This document shows positions 57,461 through 64,000 of a DNA stretch of 64,000 nucleotides, piece after piece; the first letter of the stretch is position 1, and each line of letters opens with the position of its first letter. This stretch comes from Candidatus Woesearchaeota archaeon (lineage in GTDB: Archaea; Nanobdellota; Nanobdellia; Woesearchaeales; 0-14-0-80-44-23). The notes under the pieces were generated by a model that was not told the origin of the DNA, searched no databases, and worked only from the letters and a program-made list of their open reading frames with translations. The stretch spans positions 32,001 to 96,000 of the forward strand of contig JAVZCZ010000001.1 of assembly GCA_038874135.1 (NCBI GenBank). Direction: 5' to 3'. Made by a program: the position numbers and the translations under genes.

Positions 57461-58306
57461 ATGATGAATATGAGCGAATACGAGGCTAAGCTTGAAATTG
57501 CTAAGCAAATTTTAGAATCCCTTTGTAATAAAGAATTGTCACATTCAGAACTGGAAGATATGGTGTACGACTTCTTTAGAGTCAGAAAGAGCAGAGAAGA
57601 AAAAAGCGAATTCCTAAACAATTATGACTCCTATAAGCTTATCCCTTATTCTAAATATGGTTTTGCGCGCAACATTGATAAGAAAAAATGCCTATCCAGA
57701 GAAGACAATTATTGGTTAAGATTTTTGTTCAACCACAAATCAGATTTTCACTACAAAATCCCCAAGCAGGGTTCTGATATTGAATTGTATTACAAAGCAT
57801 ACTTTACTTTAAAAGCAGAAAACCCTGAGGAATTCAAGAAAAATTATGAAAGACTTGGAATGGCTCTTCCTGAAATAATTGCCTTCCTATACGCCCTTGG
57901 AATTGTGAATAAGGATGAAATCCAGGCAAAAGTTTCTAACAATCCATACAAGATGTATACAACCAGAGACAACCTTGTTGTGCACTGCCGCAAGCCCGAA
58001 ACAGTTAAACAGGCAATTGCAGGTATAAATCACATCCTTGAAAAATATGGCACAACAATTGAGATTCACCACGGCTTTGACTTTTATAATAATGGTTCTA
58101 AATTTGAGGGAAGCCACACCCAACTGATATCTAGAATAATCTCAAGAAGGCTCTTAATGAATATAGATGATTACACTTTAATATCACCTGAAAATCTTGC
58201 CTCTTTTATACTTTCACAAAACGATGAGCTATCCCGCATGAGCCCACTTAATTTATACGCTCAGCTTAAAATGACTCAAGGTGAAAATTTTGAAGAGATA
58301 CAATAA
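57461..58306 (+). CDS. Hypothetical protein, HopA1-like
   Basis: KAYFTL..QAKV..P...RDNLVVH..EGSHTQLISRII resembles the HopA1 pattern (by-eye match only). Confidence 0.55.
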   Translation: MMNMSEYEAKLEIAKQILESLCNKELSHSELEDMVYDFFRVRKSREEKSEFLNNYDSYKLIPYSKYGFARNIDKKKCLSREDNYWLRFLFNHKSDFHYKIPKQGSDIELYYKAYFTLKAENPEEFKKNYERLGMALPEIIAFLYALGIVNKDEIQAKVSNNPYKMYTTRDNLVVHCRKPETVKQAIAGINHILEKYGTTIEIHHGFDFYNNGSKFEGSHTQLISRIISRRLLMNIDDYTLISPENLASFILSQNDELSRMSPLNLYAQLKMTQGENFEEIQ

Positions 58307-59129
58307 ATACCGCGTATGCACTTCGGAATATGGCCTTGCAATTGATGAACTAATTTTGAAAATTGAAAAGAACCAGGATTTTTTCTTTCTCAGGAATGCC
58401 TATCCTGCTGCCCTTCAACTTTATTATGATGGACTGATAGAGAAGAGTGGCTATTCTTGGAATAAGCATGAGAAGGTGCTTAATGAGCTCTACTCCGCCT
58501 TGCAAGGCTTCTTTGGAGCATACTACAACAAGGATCGTATTAGATTTAATTTTTATAAGAGAAATGCTAGGGAAGCATTTCTGGACAATCGCAAGTTAAT
58601 AATTGAGTATTCCAACAAAAATGTTGCTAAGCATAGACACTTAGAGGGAATGCTGGAAGATGTGATACGCTCTTTCAGACTTCTTAAGGACATTTCAAAG
58701 AATTGGAAGTTTGATTCATTAGTGCCTATAGCTTCAGGTGGGTTTGAGCCTGGCTTTGCTGCATACTATATTTACCCTGAAGCAAACTTCTTCTCAGTAA
58801 GGTATTCTAGCTTTTCAAGGGGCGATGAGGATGTTCTAATTCCCTCTGAACAGCCGTTTGGAGAGCTCTCTAAAGCCATATCTCACTCTGATGTCCTGCT
58901 GATTGACGACATAATTTACAAAGGTGACACTTTAAGAAGTGTATATTCCTTTGCTGTGGAGAATGGTGCCAAGCGAGTTTTTTGTTTGGCAGTCAATATG
59001 CAGACAGAAATTTTAAAGAACAGGTTGGTGTTGAAAGAGGCGTCATTTGAAGTAGATAATGCTGTTTTCTCATCCAACAGAGAAACTTGGTTTTTTGAGA
59101 TTGTGGATGATGTTTCACTTAGAATATGA
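58281..59129 (+). CDS. Type I phosphoribosyltransferase-domain protein
   Basis: PIASGG and the PRPP-binding motif VLLIDDIIYKGDTL. Confidence 0.8.
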   Translation: MKILKRYNKYRVCTSEYGLAIDELILKIEKNQDFFFLRNAYPAALQLYYDGLIEKSGYSWNKHEKVLNELYSALQGFFGAYYNKDRIRFNFYKRNAREAFLDNRKLIIEYSNKNVAKHRHLEGMLEDVIRSFRLLKDISKNWKFDSLVPIASGGFEPGFAAYYIYPEANFFSVRYSSFSRGDEDVLIPSEQPFGELSKAISHSDVLLIDDIIYKGDTLRSVYSFAVENGAKRVFCLAVNMQTEILKNRLVLKEASFEVDNAVFSSNRETWFFEIVDDVSLRI

Positions 59130-59137
59130 ATGGCTTA

Positions 59138-60742
59138 TTAATCATAAGCCTTATTAATTCTGAAACTTATCAAGTAGCAGACAGCGCTTCCAAGCACATA
59201 TGTTATCGGCATAAGCACTAAAAGTTCCCTTGCAAGAATTATGCCAGCTCCAGATATTACAGCCCTGCTGAACCCGTATATTATGAATGCCACTACGATG
59301 GACAGCACGGGAATCATTACTGGAACTATCACTTCGTTCCCTAACGAGTTCAGTTTTTCCCCAAGTTTTATCAACGAAAATGCGAATGCGAAGCCCAAAA
59401 TCGCCATTGAACTAAGCAGGAGGAAGGTGCTTGTAATTTTGTTAAGCAGGAGCGCTGTAATCACTAGAACTATCAGATAATTTGTAGTTATCAGCAGTGC
59501 TATAAAAAACCAGTAGAGCATCGGGTTCATATTCAGCTTATACCTCTTAATCAGAGCGTACAATAGCAACGCCTGGTTAATAAGCCAAAAGGACAGAAGG
59601 ATTATAGCGTCGTAGAATATCGCAGGATTTCCAATTACAGCTCCTTTCATCAGGGATGAGAAAGCCCAGCTGAGCAGCCGAGCTGCTATTGGAATTCCAT
59701 AGAATACAAGCACGCACATGCTTACCAGGTATCCTAAAGCGTAGAATATTGCGTAAGCCAACACAATGTTTCTCTCTCTTAAGCTCTGGTAGTGCTGCCT
59801 GAAGTGGTGATGCTTCTTTCCATGAATGAAACTTTGAAAGAATTGCCTTAATAGGAGCTGCGCCTTCTTGTGCAGATTATTAACTTCGGTAAGGTTTTCA
59901 AAAGCGTAGTAGATATCCGTTTTTAGGAAGAAGTAGAACTGCCATGCTATTCCGAAAGCTTCTAAGAGCACTACAAACTTGAGAAACCTCACAATGCTCT
60001 GACTTAGTGTAATTGCTCCAATTCCAGAGAGGTATAAGATAACTATTGATGCTGAAGCAATCAAAAGGTCAGTGGCAATACCAGCCAGGAATACCCTGTA
60101 TCTCTTCTCTCTCTTTATTGAGTAGACATTTGTTACATCAGTTATTGCCACAAGGTAATACAGCCTATTAGTTATTCCGAAAGATGCTTTGAGGTTGTAC
60201 GAGCGGCAGGCAAGCATATGAGCAAGCTCGTGCAGGAAAACCAGAAGCCAGCCAGTTAAGAATGATATAATAACCACTTTTGACATGCTTTCAGTAAAGA
60301 AGTAGTCAGCCATTTTTGGAAAGTAGGAAGGGTTAGAAATTAGTATTCCCAGAGCAAAAGATATTATAAAAGCGTACACAAGATATGCCTCTTCTGAGAA
60401 TAGCCATCTTACATGCTTGGGCTTTATGAAGCGGAATATCTCAATTATGTTTCTCTTACTTTCAATCTTCAAAGGGTTTCCGTCTATGCTTTTCACGAAT
60501 TCGTGCCTTATTAGGTTCTTTATGAATGAGTCAACATTGATTCTTCCAAGGTGCTCCCTGCTTATTTTCCTTATTTCTGATACGCTGTACCCTCTTTCAA
60601 ACAGCTCTAAGAGTTCATATCCCTTTTCGGGTATTCTGACATAAATCTCAGTTTCAGGATTCCCCACGATCCAGAAGTTTCCCTCCCGCCTCTTCACAAG
60701 CTTAAAAAGTTCAAACCTGCTGTGCTCAGAATACGGCTTCAT
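59138..60742 (-). CDS. PqqD/RRE-domain M50 (site-2) intramembrane metalloprotease, YydH-like
   Basis: N-terminal three-strand/three-helix RRE-like pattern; HELAH, FLAG and FFLKTDIYY motifs; many TM helices. Confidence 0.85.
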   Translation of the reverse strand: MKPYSEHSRFELFKLVKRREGNFWIVGNPETEIYVRIPEKGYELLELFERGYSVSEIRKISREHLGRINVDSFIKNLIRHEFVKSIDGNPLKIESKRNIIEIFRFIKPKHVRWLFSEEAYLVYAFIISFALGILISNPSYFPKMADYFFTESMSKVVIISFLTGWLLVFLHELAHMLACRSYNLKASFGITNRLYYLVAITDVTNVYSIKREKRYRVFLAGIATDLLIASASIVILYLSGIGAITLSQSIVRFLKFVVLLEAFGIAWQFYFFLKTDIYYAFENLTEVNNLHKKAQLLLRQFFQSFIHGKKHHHFRQHYQSLRERNIVLAYAIFYALGYLVSMCVLVFYGIPIAARLLSWAFSSLMKGAVIGNPAIFYDAIILLSFWLINQALLLYALIKRYKLNMNPMLYWFFIALLITTNYLIVLVITALLLNKITSTFLLLSSMAILGFAFAFSLIKLGEKLNSLGNEVIVPVMIPVLSIVVAFIIYGFSRAVISGAGIILARELLVLMPITYVLGSAVCYLISFRINKAYD

Positions 60743-61033
60743 CCATCATCCTCTTAAAACTATTACACCTTCTATTTTGAGGTTTATTAATTTTTCTTTT
60801 TCCGCCATTTCTGAATTATTTTTGATGAAACAACATCAGATGAACTAAAATATTGACTTTTTTAACTCTATCTATTTCTCTATTTCAGAATTATTAATAC
60901 TTAGTAATTGGCTTTTCAGTGCAGCGATGCTTAAGGCAAATCAAATTTGCGAGTACCCCGAAAAGTTTTCTATTTTTGTGAAAATTCTTCAATTCCCTCT
61001 TCTAAAATGTTTTAAACAAAGATTACCATGTAA

Positions 61034-61561
61034 ATGAAAAAGGTAGGTAAGAGGTGGTCTGCATTGGAAGCAAAATATCTGGCGATGATTAATGAAGAAA
61101 TTTCAATGCTGGAGTGCGAGCCCGTCTTCAAGGATGTCACACGATTGGTTGAAAAGAATCCCGCGCTCACCCTTGAGGAGCTTATCAGCGAACTTTTGAG
61201 TGACAGGGACCTAGAAAAGGATGAGAAGCATCTTAGGGACTCAATAAGCTCTTACCTTAGCTCAGACAGAGCTTATTCTTCATCCCTGCTTTACTTCCTT
61301 GACCTTTCACAAATTGATATAGGTAGAGGTGCTAAGGGCTCCTACAATTATAGGGAGATCATTATTGATGGGCGCAGGCTCACTTCACTTAGGTTTGGAG
61401 AGCATCGCAGCGTGAGGGCAGTTCCTCTTTTTCAAGATGCAGTTGCTACGCTAAGGAACAGTCAGCTTTCAGAAAAGACGGTTAGGTATAAGGGACTTTA
61501 CATAGTTGTTTCTAGGGCTCAGCAGGGAGGCATGCCCTATGAGGTGATGCGCTTTGAATGA
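61034..61561 (+). CDS. Hypothetical protein, possible ubiquitin-like precursor
   Basis: C-terminal LYIVVSRAQQGG followed by a 9-aa tail; first gene of the operon containing the JAB gene. Confidence 0.55.
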   Translation: MKKVGKRWSALEAKYLAMINEEISMLECEPVFKDVTRLVEKNPALTLEELISELLSDRDLEKDEKHLRDSISSYLSSDRAYSSSLLYFLDLSQIDIGRGAKGSYNYREIIIDGRRLTSLRFGEHRSVRAVPLFQDAVATLRNSQLSEKTVRYKGLYIVVSRAQQGGMPYEVMRFE

Positions 61562-62714
61562 AATAGTTGAGAGCCCCCTTGAACGCCTGCTCTCTTCAAG
61601 AGAGTGTGTTTTGACTGAAGGGAATGTTTATTCCCTGCTGCCGCCAGGAGTTGGAAGGCTGCGGGCTGTTATAATGGGGATTAAGCTTTCTGCAGAAAAG
61701 ATTTTTGAAACTGTTGAGCTGGACCGCTTCCTAATTCTTGAAAATCCCGAACGGGCTTATGAGCTTGCTGTGAAAAACATATCTAAAGATTATGAGATGA
61801 GGAGCATCATGCCTGATCCTCTTACTGAGCTGGCTTTTGGGCTTGGTGGAATTTTTACAAACCCCGCATTTTATGGGGCTGCTAGAATTCTAGAAAATGC
61901 TCTGCAAGGCGGCATCAATAAGCTAAATCAGCTGGATCTCGATGAAGTAATATTTCAGATTATAAGCAATTCGTGCCGAAAGGGCTTTTTTTCAGCAGGT
62001 TTAAGCCTGGCTTCAGGAGGTAAGATAATTCCAATTTATCCCTGTGCTGATTTAGAAGCCGATTCTGATATATGGCTGGAGGGGCGCTCATACTCTTTTG
62101 GTAAGAATAGGCTCTGGAAGAATGAGCTAACTCTTCTTCACTGGAATGCTTTTGAAAAATTTCTGCAGGAATTCTCATTTCAGGTTGGGATTAGGAGCTT
62201 TCATACTGGTTTGGAAAATATAAGTGAAGAATTAGCATCAAAGGGATTTGTAGAGAGGCATCCTTTTGGAATATTGAAGGTTTCAGAGATGGGAGAAGAT
62301 AGATACTACGCTTACAAATGGCTTAATTCTGGAAGGCAGTATGTCATCACGGATAGGACGAGCGGGGAGCAGTTTCTCTTTCCTACTGCCAGAATAGCTA
62401 CTCTTGTTAGAGTTTCTTCAGGCCGCCTCCTGGATCCCCTCCCGACTTTTTATGTAGTTGAGAGGTACTCTCACCCATTTGTTAAGGATTTTGGTTCAGG
62501 TTTTCAGATGGCTTGTATTGATGGCTCTTTTGTCTCTTCTGAACTGAGCAGATGCTCAAGTGTTCCGGCTAAATATTCTGCAGCCCTTAACATTGCGGAA
62601 AAAACCATGATTCACGGTTATGAGGCGGGAACTTCAGCCCTGCATCCATATCACCTGCTTGATGTTTCAAATTTTAAGAGTGAGCGGCAGGCGTATTTGG
62701 CAAGCACTGGATGA
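61554..62714 (+). CDS. Hypothetical protein with a candidate E2 (UBC-like) C-terminal domain
   Basis: YSHPFVKDFGSGFQMACID resembles the E2 HPxV...C signature; GAGGTGA RBS; overlaps the upstream gene. Confidence 0.55.
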   Translation: MNEIVESPLERLLSSRECVLTEGNVYSLLPPGVGRLRAVIMGIKLSAEKIFETVELDRFLILENPERAYELAVKNISKDYEMRSIMPDPLTELAFGLGGIFTNPAFYGAARILENALQGGINKLNQLDLDEVIFQIISNSCRKGFFSAGLSLASGGKIIPIYPCADLEADSDIWLEGRSYSFGKNRLWKNELTLLHWNAFEKFLQEFSFQVGIRSFHTGLENISEELASKGFVERHPFGILKVSEMGEDRYYAYKWLNSGRQYVITDRTSGEQFLFPTARIATLVRVSSGRLLDPLPTFYVVERYSHPFVKDFGSGFQMACIDGSFVSSELSRCSSVPAKYSAALNIAEKTMIHGYEAGTSALHPYHLLDVSNFKSERQAYLASTG

Positions 62715-62734
62715 ATGCTAAGGGGTGGTTTTGA

Positions 62735-64000
62735 ATGGCTGGGAGGAAGGTGAGGAGGACTTTAGAGTTGGCTTCACTTTCTGAATTGTTGGATTCTGAA
62801 TTTTCTAGTATAAGAATAACTGATTATGCTTTAAAGAAGATTCGGCTCTACTCAAGCTTGACTACTCAAATCTTTGGATCTGAGTTGGAGTGTGGCGGCT
62901 TTCTTCTTGGCGAATCCGGCTCCGGAATTGTTGAAGATGCAGCACTTTTTCCCAAGCAGGAGGTGAGCAGGTTTTACTACTTGGGAGACCCTTCTTATCA
63001 GCATCTGATTCTGAGTGAGATTTCAGATTTGTCTGAGCTGAGCATATTGGGATGGTGGCACAGCCACAATTCAATGCCCGCATTTCACTCATATGTGGAT
63101 GAGCAAAATTTTGAAGCCCTTTTTAGGTCAATTTCAAATTACAACCGAAAAAAGATTTTTGAATTTAGGAATCCTGTGGACGGGATTGATTTTGAAGGAG
63201 CCGATTCTCTGCGTATCAGACTTACGGATTCTCGCACTGTTGAGATTTCAGGGCTGATGCCTAACTCTCAAGTATCTGCTTTTGAAGTTGAGGTAGTTTC
63301 TTCAGGATTTGCGTACAGCATAGTTGTTAGCTCTTCAGATGAGAATGGTGCTTATGCAGAGGTGATGTTTGAAGAGCCAGGCACTGGTTCAATATTAAAG
63401 CGTATTGCTCAGATAAGTGTTCTGCAATCGCAACAGCACTTTGATGAGGATGATTCTGCTCTCATTTCCTTATTATCTGAGGAGATAAAGAAAAAGATAA
63501 TTCCAGTAGAGCATGTAAAATCTGACAAGGATTCGGCATCTCCTGATCCTATAGTTGTGGGTAAAATACCGGCTGAAGAGAACGAATATTTGAGTGAGAA
63601 CTGCGTTCGCCCTGAAAACATCTCACTTTTAGGAGTAAGAGCTCTGCCTCCTGCACGAAACCTGGAAGGCTGTGAATGTCTAACTCTGGAGCACTTAAAA
63701 TATGGATATGAAGTTGAGTGTGTTATTCAAAATGCTGAGAATGTTCTTGAAAGTTATTACCGTGCAAGAAGTTCGGGTTCAGCTGAGTTAACATTTGATT
63801 CAGCTTATGAGATGTCTGCTCTTTCTGAACTTGCACGATACTATTCCATTTTAAATCAGGTAATATGCAATGGCGGTAATGAGTTTGAAGATTCCTTGTT
63901 GAAGAAGGCTTATACTCTAAATTTGAGGATGCTTGAGGTGGCTGAGCAGGCACTTTCTTCAATTGAGTTTAGCATAAAGTGCGAGCTCTCTAAAAACCAT
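62735..64000 (+). CDS. JAB/MPN+ (JAMM) metalloprotease-domain protein, truncated by the window end
   Basis: Manual translation open from ATG 62735 to 64000: IRITDYALKKI..ECGGFLLG..ILGWWHSHNSMPAFHSYVD..AYSIVV. Confidence 0.88.
   Translation, partial: MAGRKVRRTLELASLSELLDSEFSSIRITDYALKKIRLYSSLTTQIFGSELECGGFLLGESGSGIVEDAALFPKQEVSRFYYLGDPSYQHLILSEISDLSELSILGWWHSHNSMPAFHSYVDEQNFEALFRSISNYNRKKIFEFRNPVDGIDFEGADSLRIRLTDSRTVEISGLMPNSQVSAFEVEVVSSGFAYSIVVSSSDENGAYAEVMFEEPGTGSILKRIAQISVLQSQQHFDEDDSALISLLSEEIKKKIIPVEHVKSDKDSASPDPIVVGKIPAEENEYLSENCVRPENISLLGVRALPPARNLEGCECLTLEHLKYGYEVECVIQNAENVLESYYRARSSGSAELTFDSAYEMSALSELARYYSILNQVICNGGNEFEDSLLKKAYTLNLRMLEVAEQALSSIEFSIKCELSKNH

Noticed and set aside
62941-62970. 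Possible frameshift in the JAB gene at the T5/C3 run
   Set aside because: Recounting gives CTT TTT CCC AAG in frame. The ORF is open to 64000 and is missing from the track only because it has no stop codon in the window.

Overview
Archaeal chromosomal window, most consistent with a DPANN lineage such as Woesearchaeota/Pacearchaeota (inference from the split RpoB''/B', class I LysRS, eL30/eL37/eS27/Nop10/aIF2-alpha, BHB-type tRNA introns and AT-rich TATA promoters). The first ~33 kb is mostly housekeeping: dnaG, lhr, tyrS, the rpo-eL30-nusA-uS12 operon, four tRNAs (two with introns), rad50, bud32, mtnP/apt, lig and metG. It also holds an H/ACA guide RNA predicted to target 23S helix 69. The second half mixes housekeeping genes (lysS, eif2a, hisS, trpS) with accessory modules. 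(1) A 7-gene operon of membrane and coiled-coil proteins, an AAA+ ATPase and a degenerate histidine kinase. (2) A V4R-KaiC-V4R/V4R sensor cluster facing an acyl-CoA ligase + ACP + histidine kinase + receiver/N-acyltransferase fusion + methyltransferase cluster, a candidate lipid-signal send/receive system. (3) An unassigned ~224-nt structured ncRNA upstream of trpS. (4) A HopA1-like/PRTase pair and an RRE-M50 peptidase. (5) A candidate ubiquitin-like operon (Ubl-E2-JAB) running off the right edge. All family assignments come from reading motifs by eye; no database searches were run.
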